Source of the DNA: Desulfuromonas sp.
Lineage (GTDB): Bacteria; Desulfobacterota; Desulfuromonadia; Desulfuromonadales; BM103
Assembly: GCA_002869725.1 (NCBI GenBank)
Contig: PKTY01000137.1
Coordinates: forward strand, 1 to 50,084
Reading direction: 5' to 3'
DNA length: 50,084 bases
Each line of letters opens with the position of its first letter. Within the stretch, counting starts at the first letter, position 1. Of the stretch, positions 11,758-22,693 are shown one piece after another. The notes under the pieces are model-generated. The model did not search any database, was not told the origin of the DNA, and was given only the letters and a program-made list of their open reading frames with translations. The position numbers and the translations under genes are program-made.

Positions 11758-12636
11758 ATGGAAGAACTGATCAGAAAAGCCAACGTGTTGATGGAGGCAC
11801 TCCCCTACATCAAGCGTTTTTCCGGCAAGACCTTCGTCATCAAGTATGGTGGCCACGCTATGGCCGACGAGCGGCTCAAGGAGAGCTTCGCTCTCGATGT
11901 CATCCTCCTTAAGTCGTTGGGGATCAACACGGTGATCGTCCATGGCGGCGGACCGCAGATCAACCATACTCTCAAGCGCTACGGGATCGTCTCCAACTTT
12001 GTGCGCGGCATGCGGGTCACCGATGCTGACACCATGAGCGTGGTGGAGATGGTGCTGGTCGGCCAGGTCAACAAGGAAGTGGTCGGCTACCTCAATCAGC
12101 ACGGCGGCCGTGCGGTTGGTCTGTCCGGCAAGGATGGCACCCTGCTCCTGTCGAAAAAGCTGCTGCAGGAGGTGTTGCGAGAGGACGGTACTCCCGAAGA
12201 GGTCGATCTCGGCTTTGTGGGCGATGTTGTACGGGTTAATAACGACCTGCTGACCACTCTCAAAGAGGGTGGCTACCTGCCGGTGATCGCTCCGGTCGGG
12301 GTCGGCCCGCAAGGGGAATGCTACAACATCAACGCCGATCTGGTGGCCGGCCGGGTGGCTGCGGCCCTCAATGCCGAGAAACTGATCCTGCTCACCGACA
12401 CACCGGGAGTGCTCGATGGCGGCGGCAAGCTGCTGCCGAGCATCGCAGTCGCGGAAATGCACCGCCTGATCCGCGAGGGAGCGATCACCGGAGGGATGAT
12501 TCCCAAGGTCGAGTGCTGCGCAGCAGCCCTTAACGAGGGGATCAAAAAAGCCCATATCATTGACGGCCGGGTCGAACATGCGGTCCTGCTCGAAATCTTC
12601 ACCGACCGCGGCGTGGGGACCGAGATCAACCGCTAG
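11758..12636 (+). CDS. argB: Acetylglutamate kinase
   Basis: [35 protein letters not shown]. Confidence 0.98.
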   Translation: MEELIRKANVLMEALPYIKRFSGKTFVIKYGGHAMADERLKESFALDVILLKSLGINTVIVHGGGPQINHTLKRYGIVSNFVRGMRVTDADTMSVVEMVLVGQVNKEVVGYLNQHGGRAVGLSGKDGTLLLSKKLLQEVLREDGTPEEVDLGFVGDVVRVNNDLLTTLKEGGYLPVIAPVGVGPQGECYNINADLVAGRVAAALNAEKLILLTDTPGVLDGGGKLLPSIAVAEMHRLIREGAITGGMIPKVECCAAALNEGIKKAHIIDGRVEHAVLLEIFTDRGVGTEINR

Positions 12637-12650
12637 AGTGCTCTTCCTCA

Positions 12651-12676
12651 AAGGGGCCGAGCAACGCGTTCCCCTT
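12651..12676. repeat. Degenerate REP-like hairpin between argB and argD
   Basis: AAGGGGCCGAGCAACGCGTTCCCCTT: AAGGGG/CCCCTT arms, loosely resembling the REPs at 17715 and 23506. Confidence 0.3.
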
Positions 12677-12715
12677 GCGACGGCCACAACTTGATACATA
12701 AACGGATTTCAAACC

Positions 12716-13924
12716 ATGACAGTCACCGGAACTTCAAAACAGTGGATCAATCGCGCCGACCGGGTGGTGATGAAGACCTACGGTCGCTACCCCCTGGTCC
12801 CGGTCCGCGGCGAGGGCTGCCGCCTGTGGGACGCCGATGGCCGGGAGTATCTCGACTTTCTGGCCGGGGTCGCGGTCAACAACCTGGGGCACTGCCACCC
12901 ACAGGTGGTAGAGGCTCTTCAGCAACAGGCCGCCCAGCTGATTCACTGCTCCAACTTCTACCACATCCCCCAGCAGATTGAACTGGCCGAATGGCTCTGT
13001 GAGCACTCCTTCGCCGAACGGGTCTTCTTCTGCAATTCGGGGGCCGAGGCCAACGAAGCGGCGATCAAGCTGGCTCGCAAGCAGAGCATGGAGCGCTTTG
13101 GTGAAAACCGCTTCGAAGTGATCACCGCCCAGGCCTCTTTTCACGGCCGCACCCTCGCCACCATCAGCGCCACCGGCCAGGACAAGGTCAAGGCCGGCTT
13201 CAACCCGCTGCTCCCCGGCTTCAAAAATGTCCCGTTTGGTGACATCAACACTCTCGCCGCGGCGATCGGACCCCAGACCTGCGCGATCATGCTCGAACCG
13301 GTGCAGGGCGAGGGAGGAGTCAACGTCCCTCCTGCCGGCTATCTCAAACAGGTTCGCGAACTGTGCGACCGCCAAAACCTACTGCTGATTTTTGACGAGG
13401 TGCAAGTCGGCTGCGGCCGCACCGGAACCCTCTGGGCTTATCAGCAGCAGGGGATCGTCCCCAACCTGATGACTCTGGCCAAAGCCCTGGCCGGCGGACC
13501 GCCCATCGGCGCCCTGCTGGCGACCGAACAGCTCGCTTCATCTCTCGGTCCCGGGACCCATGGTTCGACCTTCGGCGGCAACCCCCTGATGTGCACCGCT
13601 GCCCTGGCGGCCATGCGGACTCTCACTGAAGGCGGCGTCCTCGACAACTGCGTGGCCATGGGCGACTACCTGCGGCAGAGGCTTCTGCAGTTCAAAGACA
13701 AATACTCCTTCGTTCGTGAAGTCCGCGGACAGGGACTGATCCTCGGCATGGAGCTTGATATTGATGGGGGCGAGATCGTGGTTGCTGCCATGGAGCAGGG
13801 TCTGCTGATCAACTGCACAGCCGGCAAGGTGTTGCGGTTCGTTCCACCGCTGATCGTCAGCCAGGAGGAGATCGATCAGGCGATCGATATTCTCGACCGG
13901 GTGCTGGCCACCGTTTCGGTCTGA
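12716..13924 (+). CDS. argD: Acetylornithine aminotransferase
   Basis: FCNSGAEANE, SFHGRT, EPVQGEGG, FDEVQVG, TLAKALAGG, HGSTFGGNP. Confidence 0.97.
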   Translation: MTVTGTSKQWINRADRVVMKTYGRYPLVPVRGEGCRLWDADGREYLDFLAGVAVNNLGHCHPQVVEALQQQAAQLIHCSNFYHIPQQIELAEWLCEHSFAERVFFCNSGAEANEAAIKLARKQSMERFGENRFEVITAQASFHGRTLATISATGQDKVKAGFNPLLPGFKNVPFGDINTLAAAIGPQTCAIMLEPVQGEGGVNVPPAGYLKQVRELCDRQNLLLIFDEVQVGCGRTGTLWAYQQQGIVPNLMTLAKALAGGPPIGALLATEQLASSLGPGTHGSTFGGNPLMCTAALAAMRTLTEGGVLDNCVAMGDYLRQRLLQFKDKYSFVREVRGQGLILGMELDIDGGEIVVAAMEQGLLINCTAGKVLRFVPPLIVSQEEIDQAIDILDRVLATVSV

Positions 13925-13929
13925 GTCAC

Positions 13930-14667
13930 ATGACTGCTCTTCCGCGGCAAAAGCTGCTGCACGGCGATTGCCTGGAACATCTGCAAAAGCTCGGGGACGA
14001 TTCGGTTGATCTGATCCTCACCGATCCGCCCTATAACATCAGCACCTACTCGACCGGCAACATGAACTTCAAGTGGCGCCCGGAGATCAATAACGATCTG
14101 GCCGGCTGGGATCAGGCCTTTGACCCGGCCAGGATCAAGGAGCAGCTACTGCGGGTGTTGAAGCCGACAGGAAACATGTTCGCGTTCTGCTCCTACAACA
14201 CCATCGGCCGCTGGCACCAGCTGTTCGACCCGGTGTTCGACACCTTCCAGTTCTTCGTCTGGCACAAGAGCAATCCAGTACCGAAGGTGCGCCGTCAGGG
14301 TTTTCTCAACAGCTGCGAGCTAATCGTCTGCATGTGGAACCGGGGCCACAGCTGGAACTTCGGGCGACAAAGCGAGATGCACAATTTTTTCGAAGGACCG
14401 ATCTGCATGGGTCCGGAACGTCTCAAGGACCCGAAACACCCGACCCAGAAACCGGTCCGTCTGCTTGAACATCTGATCGGAATCGCCAGCAACCCGGGAG
14501 ATACCGTTCTTGACCCTTTTATGGGGGTCGGCTCCACCGGCGCCGCCGCCATCAAACTGGAGCGAAATTTTATCGGCATGGAAGTCGATGAGAGCTATTT
14601 CAAAGCCGCCCAAAAGCGGCTGTTTGAATTCGAAGCGGACACCGTTTCTCAAGGAGAGTTGATGTGA
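13930..14667 (+). CDS. Orphan site-specific DNA methyltransferase (N6-adenine/N4-cytosine, beta class)
   Basis: HGDCLE, motif IV DPPY near N-terminus, HPTQKP, motif I DPFMGVGST near C-terminus. Confidence 0.93.
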   Translation: MTALPRQKLLHGDCLEHLQKLGDDSVDLILTDPPYNISTYSTGNMNFKWRPEINNDLAGWDQAFDPARIKEQLLRVLKPTGNMFAFCSYNTIGRWHQLFDPVFDTFQFFVWHKSNPVPKVRRQGFLNSCELIVCMWNRGHSWNFGRQSEMHNFFEGPICMGPERLKDPKHPTQKPVRLLEHLIGIASNPGDTVLDPFMGVGSTGAAAIKLERNFIGMEVDESYFKAAQKRLFEFEADTVSQGELM

Positions 14668-15572
14668 ACAAAGATTTTCTCAGTCTCAGCGACTGGAATC
14701 GCAGCGATCTGGACAAAATTTTTGACCTGACCAGAGACCTCAAAGCCAAGCAGAAGCAGGGGGAAGCCCATCGGCTTTTGGCCGGCAAGACCCTCGGCAT
14801 GATCTTCGAGAAGAGTTCGACCCGCACCCGCGTCTCCTTTGAAGCCGGCATGTTCCAGCTCGGCGGTCACGCCCTGTTCCTGTCTTCAAGCAATACCCAG
14901 ATGGGGCGTGGCGAACCAGTCAAGGACACCGCACGCTGCATGGCCCGCTATGTCGACGGGGTAATGATCCGCACCTTTTCCCAGCAAGTGGTCGAGGAGT
15001 TTGCCGCCTATTGCGATGTGCCTGTGGTCAACGGCCTGACCGACCTCTATCACCCCTGCCAGCTGATGGCCGACATCTTTACCGTCATGGAGCACAAGGG
15101 GGAGTACCAGAATCTTCGTTTCTGCTGGATCGGTGATGGCAACAACATGGCCAACAGCTGGATCAACGCCGCCACGGCTTTCGGCTTCGAACTGCGCATC
15201 GCCACTCCCAAGGGCTACCACCCGGACGCAGACGTCATGGAACGAGCCACCAAGCAAGGCGCGAACATCATCTACACCAACGACCCGCGCGAAGCGGCCC
15301 GCAACGCCCAGGTCTTAAGTACCGATGTCTGGGCAAGTATGGGCCAGGAAGCCGAGCAGCAGAAACGCCAGCAGGACTTTGTCGGTTATCAGATCAATAT
15401 GGATCTTCTCAAGCTGGCTGATCCTGAATCGGTGGTCATGCACTGCCTGCCGGCCCATCGCGACGAGGAGATTACCGACGAGGTGATGGAGAGCCGCCAT
15501 TCGATCATCTACGACCAGGCCGAGAACCGGCTTCATGTCCAGAAGGCGATCATGGCCACACTAATGGCGTAA
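14664..15572 (+). CDS. argF: Ornithine carbamoyltransferase
   Basis: FEKSSTRTR, HPCQ, GDGNN, TDVWASMG, HCLPAHR, QAENRLH; GTG start overlaps MTase TGA. Confidence 0.98.
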   Translation: MNKDFLSLSDWNRSDLDKIFDLTRDLKAKQKQGEAHRLLAGKTLGMIFEKSSTRTRVSFEAGMFQLGGHALFLSSSNTQMGRGEPVKDTARCMARYVDGVMIRTFSQQVVEEFAAYCDVPVVNGLTDLYHPCQLMADIFTVMEHKGEYQNLRFCWIGDGNNMANSWINAATAFGFELRIATPKGYHPDADVMERATKQGANIIYTNDPREAARNAQVLSTDVWASMGQEAEQQKRQQDFVGYQINMDLLKLADPESVVMHCLPAHRDEEITDEVMESRHSIIYDQAENRLHVQKAIMATLMA

Positions 15573-15671
15573 CGCGAGAGAGGGTATCAGGGGACAGCTG
15601 TTCCGGCCGTCCAAAGAGCTTTCACCGCCCCTGTGTTGGCCAACCCGCTCAAACCCTAAGGAACGAAAGCG

Positions 15672-16427
15672 TTGACCGATTCAATCCAGATCAGCTGCCC
15701 GCATTGCGGTTTCGCACGAGAGACCGATCCTGCCCGTGTCCCGAACCGGCCGGTCAAGGTCAACTGCCCCCAGTGTCAGCAATCTTTCGCCTTCGACAAA
15801 GAGGCTGAGGCCAGCCCGGCTGACCAGCTGCCGCAGAATGAGAACAACAGCGCGAGGCCAATTCCCTCCCAGACCAGCTGTCCGGCCTGTGGCCTCACCC
15901 AGTCAACCGCAGATCGCTGCTCCGGCTGCGGAGTCATCTACGCCCGCTGGCACCAGCGAATGGACCAGACCGTTCCCCCTGCCGCGGAGACTGAAAAACC
16001 CCTGGAATACGCAGGCTTCTGGGTCCGGCTGGTCGCCTACCTCATCGACTCCCTGATCATCGGTGCCGTGCAGCTGGTGCTGACCCTGATTCTGACCTTC
16101 AGCGTCGGACTGCTCGGCGACTTCAGCGAGCAGGGAGAGGCGGCCATGGGGATGATCGTTTCTCTGTTCAGCGTAGCCTTAGGCCTCGGCTATGCCGTCT
16201 TTTTCACCGGCCACTGCGGCCAGACTCCAGGCAAGATGGCGTTGCGCATCAAGGTCATCCACATCGACGGCTCGCAGATCTCCTACGGCCGGGCGGCCCT
16301 GCGCGAAATCCCCGCCAAATTTATCTCGGGGATCCTGCTCGGCATCGGCTACCTGATGGTCGCCTTCGACGACAAAAAACAGGGGCTTCACGACCGCATC
16401 GCCAACACTTATGTGATAAAACTTTGA
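15672..16427 (+). CDS. RDD family membrane protein with N-terminal zinc ribbons
   Basis: CPHC..CPQC and CPAC..CSGC; YAGFWVRLVAYLID, GQTPGK, KQGLHDRIANT. Confidence 0.88.
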   Translation: MTDSIQISCPHCGFARETDPARVPNRPVKVNCPQCQQSFAFDKEAEASPADQLPQNENNSARPIPSQTSCPACGLTQSTADRCSGCGVIYARWHQRMDQTVPPAAETEKPLEYAGFWVRLVAYLIDSLIIGAVQLVLTLILTFSVGLLGDFSEQGEAAMGMIVSLFSVALGLGYAVFFTGHCGQTPGKMALRIKVIHIDGSQISYGRAALREIPAKFISGILLGIGYLMVAFDDKKQGLHDRIANTYVIKL

Positions 16428-16484
16428 GAGAGTCGTCCTGATCCATACAAAACAATCAATTCAACCCACAAAGGAGCAGTGATA

Positions 16485-17705
16485 ATGAGTAAACAAGGGT
16501 CTGTCAACAAGGTGGTCCTCGCCTATTCCGGGGGGCTTGACACCTCGATCATCCTCAAGTGGCTGGTCGAGGAGTACCAGTGTGAAGTGATCGCCTACTC
16601 AGCCGACCTCGGCCAGGGGGAAGAACTCGATCATATCCCCGAGAAAGCGAAGAAGACCGGGGCCAGTGCCTGCCACATTCTCGACCTCAAGGAAGAGTTC
16701 GCCCGCGACTTCGTGTTCCCGATGTTCCGCGCCAACGCCATCTACGAAGGGCGTTACTTCCTCGGAACCTCCATCGCCCGTCCGCTGATCTCCAAAGCAC
16801 AGATGGAGATTGCCGCCAAGGAAGGAGCTGACGCCGTCTCCCACGGAGCAACCGGCAAGGGGAACGACCAGGTTCGTTTCGAAATCGCCTACTACCATTT
16901 CGATCCGGCCATCAAGGTCATCGCCCCCTGGCGCGAGTGGGACCTGAAAAGCCGCACCGCTCTCGAAGAGTATGCCAAGAAACACGGCATCCCGGTGCCG
17001 ACCAGCAAAAAGTTCCCCTGGAGTTCGGATCGCAACCTGCTGCACATCTCCTTTGAGGGGGACATTCTGGAAAACCCCTGGGCCGAAGCCCCGGAGGAGA
17101 TGTACGTGTTGACCGTGCGTCCCGAGGACGCCCCGGATACGCCCGAATACGTCGAAATTGAGTTCGAAAAGGGGGATGCCGTAGCGGTCAACGGTGAACG
17201 GCTCTCCCCGGCCAACCTTCTGGCCAAGCTCAATGAACTCGGCGGCAAGCACGGGATCGGCCGGGTCGATCTTCTGGAGAACCGCTTCGTCGGCATGAAG
17301 AGTCGCGGCGTCTACGAGACCCCCGGCGGGACTATCCTCGAAGAGGCGCACCGGGCCGTGGAATCGATCACCATGGACCGCGAAGTCATGCACCTGCGCG
17401 ACTCCCTGGTGCCGCGCTACGCCAGCATGATCTACAACGGCTTCTGGTTCTCTCCGGAGCGCCAGGTGCTCCAGGCGCTGATCGACGAGTCGCAGAAGAC
17501 TGTCAACGGCAAGGCGCGTATCAAGCTCTACAAGGGACATGCCAGGGTGGTCGGCCGCGATTCGACCAGCGACAGCCTGTTTAACGTCGACTTTGCTACC
17601 TTCGAAGCCGACGAGGTTTACAACCAGGCCGATGCCGAAGGATTCATCAAGCTCAACGCCCTGCGCATGCGCATCGCGGCGATGCAACGGCAAGCCAAAT
17701 CATGA
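16485..17705 (+). CDS. argG: Argininosuccinate synthase
   Basis: [50 protein letters not shown]. Confidence 0.99.
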   Translation: MSKQGSVNKVVLAYSGGLDTSIILKWLVEEYQCEVIAYSADLGQGEELDHIPEKAKKTGASACHILDLKEEFARDFVFPMFRANAIYEGRYFLGTSIARPLISKAQMEIAAKEGADAVSHGATGKGNDQVRFEIAYYHFDPAIKVIAPWREWDLKSRTALEEYAKKHGIPVPTSKKFPWSSDRNLLHISFEGDILENPWAEAPEEMYVLTVRPEDAPDTPEYVEIEFEKGDAVAVNGERLSPANLLAKLNELGGKHGIGRVDLLENRFVGMKSRGVYETPGGTILEEAHRAVESITMDREVMHLRDSLVPRYASMIYNGFWFSPERQVLQALIDESQKTVNGKARIKLYKGHARVVGRDSTSDSLFNVDFATFEADEVYNQADAEGFIKLNALRMRIAAMQRQAKS

Positions 17706-17714
17706 GGAGAGGTT

Positions 17715-17744
17715 TGCAGGGGCACAGCATGCCGTGCCCCTGCA
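17715..17744. repeat. REP-like palindrome (GTAG-family variant)
   Basis: TGCAGGGGCACAGCATGCCGTGCCCCTGCA, near-perfect palindrome similar to REPs at 23506-23574. Confidence 0.7.
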
Positions 17745-17750
17745 GGCATC

Positions 17751-18242
17751 ATGGAATTTCACAAACAGCACATTCTGACCTCGGTGGTCGCCTGCATCAT
17801 CGATGAACAGAGCCGGGTCCTGCTCACGCGGCGCTGCATCGAGCCGTTTTGCGGCCAGTGGGTGATGCCGGGGGGCAAGATCGACCATGGCGAGCCGTTG
17901 CTGGAAGCGTTGCACCGGGAAGTGCGCGAAGAAGTCGGCCTGCAGATCCATGTCGATCGTCTGCTCGATGTCTACGAACACGTCGCCCATGGCGCCAATC
18001 GCAGTCATTACGTGATCCTCTACTATCGGGCTCACCCCCTCTCCCTGGAGCTCGCTCCCAACGGCGACGAGGTGACTGAAGCAGTCTGGGTCAGCGCCGA
18101 CCGGCTGGTGGAGTTCAACATGACCCCCGGCACCCGCCACATTCTGGCCCAGGTCTACCCTGGGCAGTTACGCGACCCCGGCCAGCCGGATGACGAACTG
18201 GCCAACCGCGACCTAGCCGAAAACCTGCGAATCTCCGGCTAG
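17751..18242 (+). CDS. Nudix hydrolase
   Basis: Nudix box GGKIDHGEPLLEALHREVREEVG; LLTRR..EPF.GQW.MPGG. Confidence 0.93.
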   Translation: MEFHKQHILTSVVACIIDEQSRVLLTRRCIEPFCGQWVMPGGKIDHGEPLLEALHREVREEVGLQIHVDRLLDVYEHVAHGANRSHYVILYYRAHPLSLELAPNGDEVTEAVWVSADRLVEFNMTPGTRHILAQVYPGQLRDPGQPDDELANRDLAENLRISG

Positions 18243-18246
18243 CATC

Positions 18247-19458
18247 ATGTTTGAGATTGTCGAAAAACAGGTCCAGCTCAAGTTCCCGCCGGGACATCAC
18301 CTGCACTGCATGCTCTGCCAGATTCCAAACCGGATCGGCTGGCGGGATTCGGTCTGCCGGCTCCTCGATCCGGAGCCGAAATGGCGCCAGATCCATTCGA
18401 TCCTCGAACTGGTGGCAACCGGCACCGGCAACCTGAGCAAACTGCATTTCCTGATCTTTCCTGAAGCCTCTCTCCCCTTCGTTCATATCGATGAAGCCCT
18501 GGAGGAGATCGATCGCCGCTTTCGACCGAACACGGTCACCATCCTTGGCGTTGAACACATCAAGTTGCGCACCTACCTGGGGCTGCTCAAACAGTTCGCC
18601 GAGGATAACCAAGAGGCCCTGCAGAGTGTCCGGAAGGATTTGGCCGCCGCCGAGATCGACAGCATACCGGTCAACTGCTGCATCACCGCCATCAAGGAGG
18701 CCGATGGCCGACTGAGGGTCTTCCTGCAGGCCAAGCGCCACCCTTTCTTCGCCGAGGAGACCATCGACCCCTTCCACGACCTTTACCGTGGCAAGATCTT
18801 CCCGCTGCTGCGCTGCACCCCCAACGGCTTCAACTTCATGTCGCTGATCTGTCTCGACTATGTCTACCGCGACCTCTACCAGTCGAACATCACGGCAGTC
18901 ATCGACAAGGCCAACAGTCTGTTCCACCAGACCCGCCAGCGTCTCGACCTGCTCTGCGTCATTGAATGCAACCCCAAACCGGAGCACCGGGCATTTCGCG
19001 ATGTAGTCAACGGCTTCTACGGCGAGTATCTCGCCTACACCCCGGGGGTACGCGACACCGTCACCCTGTTCTGCAACAGCTCTGACCAGACCACCGGTCT
19101 GGGGGATCAGACCGACACTCAGTTCGGCCACTCGATGGTGGTCATGCACAAAAACCACAAGACGGTCAACGCCGCCAGCGACGAGTACCAGACCGACGAT
19201 TACCACGGGCTACCGGTCTGCCGCCTGCGTTTCGGAACCGAAACCCGGCTCTATTTCTTCAACCTGCCCTTATTTCACGAACTCGACCCGCGCACCACCC
19301 GCTACCCCCTGAAAATCCACGCGATTTATGAGGAGCAGGGAGGACATTGGGGGCGCCTTGCCGATCTGGCCAATGAACAAGCTATACTCAAACACGACTT
19401 CACCACAGCACAGAGGCTGGATGGTGCGGAGACTCGAAAAGGAACTGAACCACAATGA
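18247..19458 (+). CDS. Hypothetical protein with probable carbon-nitrogen hydrolase (nitrilase) fold
   Basis: Ordered triad-like motifs LIFPEA (Glu), QAKRHP (Lys), SLICLDY (Cys); stop overlaps argH start (ATGA). Confidence 0.6.
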   Translation: MFEIVEKQVQLKFPPGHHLHCMLCQIPNRIGWRDSVCRLLDPEPKWRQIHSILELVATGTGNLSKLHFLIFPEASLPFVHIDEALEEIDRRFRPNTVTILGVEHIKLRTYLGLLKQFAEDNQEALQSVRKDLAAAEIDSIPVNCCITAIKEADGRLRVFLQAKRHPFFAEETIDPFHDLYRGKIFPLLRCTPNGFNFMSLICLDYVYRDLYQSNITAVIDKANSLFHQTRQRLDLLCVIECNPKPEHRAFRDVVNGFYGEYLAYTPGVRDTVTLFCNSSDQTTGLGDQTDTQFGHSMVVMHKNHKTVNAASDEYQTDDYHGLPVCRLRFGTETRLYFFNLPLFHELDPRTTRYPLKIHAIYEEQGGHWGRLADLANEQAILKHDFTTAQRLDGAETRKGTEPQ

Positions 19459-20846
19459 CAGAAAGTAAACTCTGGGGAGGACGTTTCTCCCAGCCGACCG
19501 ATGCCTTTGTCGAGGAGTTCACTGCCTCGATCCAGTTCGACCAGCGCCTCTACCGCTATGACATCCTCGGTTCGCAAGTTCACGCCCGGATGCTGGCCAA
19601 GCAGGGGATCATCGCTCACAACGATGCCGAAACCATTGTTGAAGGGCTGCAGGAGATTCTGACCGAGATCGAGGCCGGCGCCTTCGAGTTCTCGATCTCC
19701 CGCGAAGACATCCATATGAATATCGAGGCGCGCCTGATCGAGAAGATCGGCGCGACCGGAGGACGGTTGCATACCGCCCGCTCGCGCAATGACCAGGTGG
19801 CTCTTGATGTGCGTCTTTACCTGCGCGACGAGGTCGACGCCATCCACACCGCCATCGGCCGCCTGATCGCAGCCCTGCTTGAGCAGGCGGCCGGCAACCT
19901 CGATGTGATCATGCCGGGCTACACTCACCTGCAGACCGCTCAGCCAGTGCTGTTCGCCCATCATATGCTCGCCTATGTCGAGATGTTCAGCCGCGACGCC
20001 GGCCGTCTGCGCGACCTGCGCAAACGGCTCAACCTGCTGCCGCTGGGGGCCGGAGCCCTGGCCGGAACCACCTTCCCCATCGACCGCGAGTGGGTCGCCG
20101 AACAGCTCGACTTCGACGGGGTCACCCGCAACAGCCTCGACAGTGTTTCCGACCGCGACTTCGCCATCGAGTTCGGTAGTTTTTCCAGCCTGCTGATGAT
20201 GCACCTCTCGCGGCTCTCCGAGGAGTTGATCCTCTGGTCGAGTGCCGACTTCGCCTTCATCGACCTGTCCGACGCCTTCTGCACCGGTTCCTCAATCATG
20301 CCGCAGAAGAAGAACCCCGATGTCCCCGAACTGGTGCGCGGCAAGACCGGACGGGTCTACGGCAACCTGATCAGCCTTTTGACCCTGATGAAGTCGCTGC
20401 CTCTGGCCTACAACAAAGACATGCAGGAAGACAAGGAGCCCCTGTTCGATACCATCGACACAGTGCGCGGCAGTCTCAAGGTCTTTGCCGAGATGATTAG
20501 CGAGATGCAGGTCAAGCCGCAGGCAATGCGCCAGGCTGCTGGCCGTGGTTATTCGACAGCGACCGACATTGCCGACTACCTGGTCCGCAAGGGGCTGCCG
20601 TTTCGCAACGCCCACGAAGTGGTCGGCAAGACCGTGCGCTACTGCGTGGAGACCGGCAAGGACATCCCGGAGCTCAGCCTTGATGAATTCAGGCAGTTTT
20701 CAACCGATATTGAGGCCGATATCTTCGACTTCGTGACTCTTGAAGCCTCGGTCAACGCCCGCAGGGCGACCGGTGGCACCGCCCGCAGCTCGGTCGAGGG
20801 AGAAATTTCCCTGGCACGGAATCGGCTACAGACAGACTTTTCATGA
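19455..20846 (+). CDS. argH: Argininosuccinate lyase
   Basis: [49 protein letters not shown]. Confidence 0.99.
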   Translation: MTESKLWGGRFSQPTDAFVEEFTASIQFDQRLYRYDILGSQVHARMLAKQGIIAHNDAETIVEGLQEILTEIEAGAFEFSISREDIHMNIEARLIEKIGATGGRLHTARSRNDQVALDVRLYLRDEVDAIHTAIGRLIAALLEQAAGNLDVIMPGYTHLQTAQPVLFAHHMLAYVEMFSRDAGRLRDLRKRLNLLPLGAGALAGTTFPIDREWVAEQLDFDGVTRNSLDSVSDRDFAIEFGSFSSLLMMHLSRLSEELILWSSADFAFIDLSDAFCTGSSIMPQKKNPDVPELVRGKTGRVYGNLISLLTLMKSLPLAYNKDMQEDKEPLFDTIDTVRGSLKVFAEMISEMQVKPQAMRQAAGRGYSTATDIADYLVRKGLPFRNAHEVVGKTVRYCVETGKDIPELSLDEFRQFSTDIEADIFDFVTLEASVNARRATGGTARSSVEGEISLARNRLQTDFS

Positions 20847-21640
20847 AAAGCCTCGAGAGCTGGAAAAATTCTGTTCGGCCAGCCCTTGCCGGGGTCTCAA
20901 TTGCCCTGAGCCTGCTGCTGTTGCTGCTGGGCACAGGCTGCGCCCGAAAAGGACCTCTCCAGCCAAAACTGCACTCTCTGCCTGACGCTCCACAGCCGTT
21001 GACCATTCTCCAGCGCGGCGAAGGGTTGCTGCTCGGCTGGTCGCTCCCCACCCGTAACCTGGACGGCAGTCCCGCTGAAGACCTCACCGGCTTTCGCATC
21101 CTGAGAATGACCTATTCCTCCGAAAACGGCTGCTCCAGCTGCCGCCAGCCGGGCGATCTCCGGGCCAGCATCGACATCGACTATCCAGAGCCGGCACAAC
21201 GCATCGGCAGACGCTTCTACTGGCTGGACGAACAGCTAACCGTCGGCAAAGGATACCGCTACCTGGTCCAACCCCTGACAGTCGGTGGTCGTCCCGGCGC
21301 AGGAGCTGACATCAGTCAGGTTCTGCAATGTCCGCCGCCGGCACCTGAGGGCCTGCAGGCCTCAACTGAAGACGGCGTGGTCAGGGTCACCTGGCAACAG
21401 CCGGCACTCGACACCGGGATGGAGCTGCTCGGCTTTCAGGTCTACCGGCGGCGGGGCGACACCCCCTTTCCCCCCATCCCCCTCAATCTGCAGCCCCTTC
21501 AAACAACCGAGCTGGTCGATGAAAGTCCGCGTGATGGTCATCCTTACCAATATCGTATCGGCACCCTGGTCCAGATCGGCGAAATGCGCCTGGAAAGCGC
21601 TCTGTCCACCGCTCTGCACGTCAGCTTACCAGTCCGCTGA
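20843..21640 (+). CDS. Lipoprotein with CxxKGPL motif and fibronectin type III-like domains
   Basis: Hydrophobic signal ending [28 protein letters not shown] patterns; CSSC. Confidence 0.75.
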   Translation: MKSLESWKNSVRPALAGVSIALSLLLLLLGTGCARKGPLQPKLHSLPDAPQPLTILQRGEGLLLGWSLPTRNLDGSPAEDLTGFRILRMTYSSENGCSSCRQPGDLRASIDIDYPEPAQRIGRRFYWLDEQLTVGKGYRYLVQPLTVGGRPGAGADISQVLQCPPPAPEGLQASTEDGVVRVTWQQPALDTGMELLGFQVYRRRGDTPFPPIPLNLQPLQTTELVDESPRDGHPYQYRIGTLVQIGEMRLESALSTALHVSLPVR

Positions 21641-21748
21641 TCCCCCTTTACATCGACCTGTCACTGTGTTAGGTACAGGGTTTGGCAGGTTCTGAGCCCA
21701 AACACGGCTGTACCCATTATATTACCCAGAATTCAGGAGGAACCGACT

Positions 21749-22624
21749 ATGTTCAGTGGCTCCATGGTTGCAATCGTCACCCCCTTTGACCGGGACGGCA
21801 AGTTCGCCGAGGAGACCTACCGGCAACTCATTGAGTTTCAGATCGAGAACGGTACGGATGTGATCGTTCCGTGCGGCACCACCGGTGAATCGGCCACTCT
21901 CGACTTCGAAGAGCACGCATACGTGATCAAGACCTGTATCGACCAGGTTAACAAGCGGGTTCAGGTCATCGCCGGCACCGGCGCCAACAGCACGGCGGAA
22001 GCGATCCACCTTTCCCAAAATGCCAAAACGATGGGAGCCGACGGTCTGCTGCTGGTCTGCCCCTACTACAACAAGCCTTCTCAGGAAGGGATCTACCAGC
22101 ACTACCGCAAGATCGCCAACGAGGTCGCCCTCCCCCAGGTGCTTTACAATGTTCCTGGCCGCACCGGGGTCAACATGAGCGCCGACACCACGGTGCGCCT
22201 GGCGGAGACCACCAACATCGTCGCCATCAAGGAAGCCTCCGGGAGCCTGACCCAGGTCAGCGAGATCCTAGCCCGGGCCGGCGACAAAATCGATGTCATC
22301 TCCGGTGACGACTTCCTGACCTACCCGATGATGTGCTGCGGAGCAAAAGGGGTCATCTCGGTTTCGGCCAACGCCATTCCCAAGCAAGTCAAAAATATGG
22401 TCGAAGCCGTGCAGTGCGGCGACTATCAGACCGGCTGCCGGCTCCACCTCGAACTGCTCGAGTTCCACACCGCCATGTTTATTGAATCGAATCCGGTGCC
22501 GGTGAAAAAAACTCTTGCCCTGATGGGCATGATTGAGGCCGGTGTGCGGCTCCCCCTGGTGGAGATGAGCGAGGCGACCCTCGAAAAACTCAAGGTGATA
22601 CTGCGCAAGTACAAGGTTATCTGA
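21749..22624 (+). CDS. dapA: 4-hydroxy-tetrahydrodipicolinate synthase
   Basis: AIVTPF, CGTTGES, PYYNKP, LYNVPGRTG, IKEASG, ESNPVPVK. Confidence 0.98.
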   Translation: MFSGSMVAIVTPFDRDGKFAEETYRQLIEFQIENGTDVIVPCGTTGESATLDFEEHAYVIKTCIDQVNKRVQVIAGTGANSTAEAIHLSQNAKTMGADGLLLVCPYYNKPSQEGIYQHYRKIANEVALPQVLYNVPGRTGVNMSADTTVRLAETTNIVAIKEASGSLTQVSEILARAGDKIDVISGDDFLTYPMMCCGAKGVISVSANAIPKQVKNMVEAVQCGDYQTGCRLHLELLEFHTAMFIESNPVPVKKTLALMGMIEAGVRLPLVEMSEATLEKLKVILRKYKVI

Positions 22625-22693
22625 CCAATCATCGATGAGCATGTTTCGCAATCCTGCTGTATCGAAGCTCTGGAGCAATTGTAGGAAATGACT

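Noticed and set aside
13930..16427. Possible restriction-modification system around the MTase
   Set aside because: Neighbours are argD, argF and an RDD protein; no nuclease motif seen
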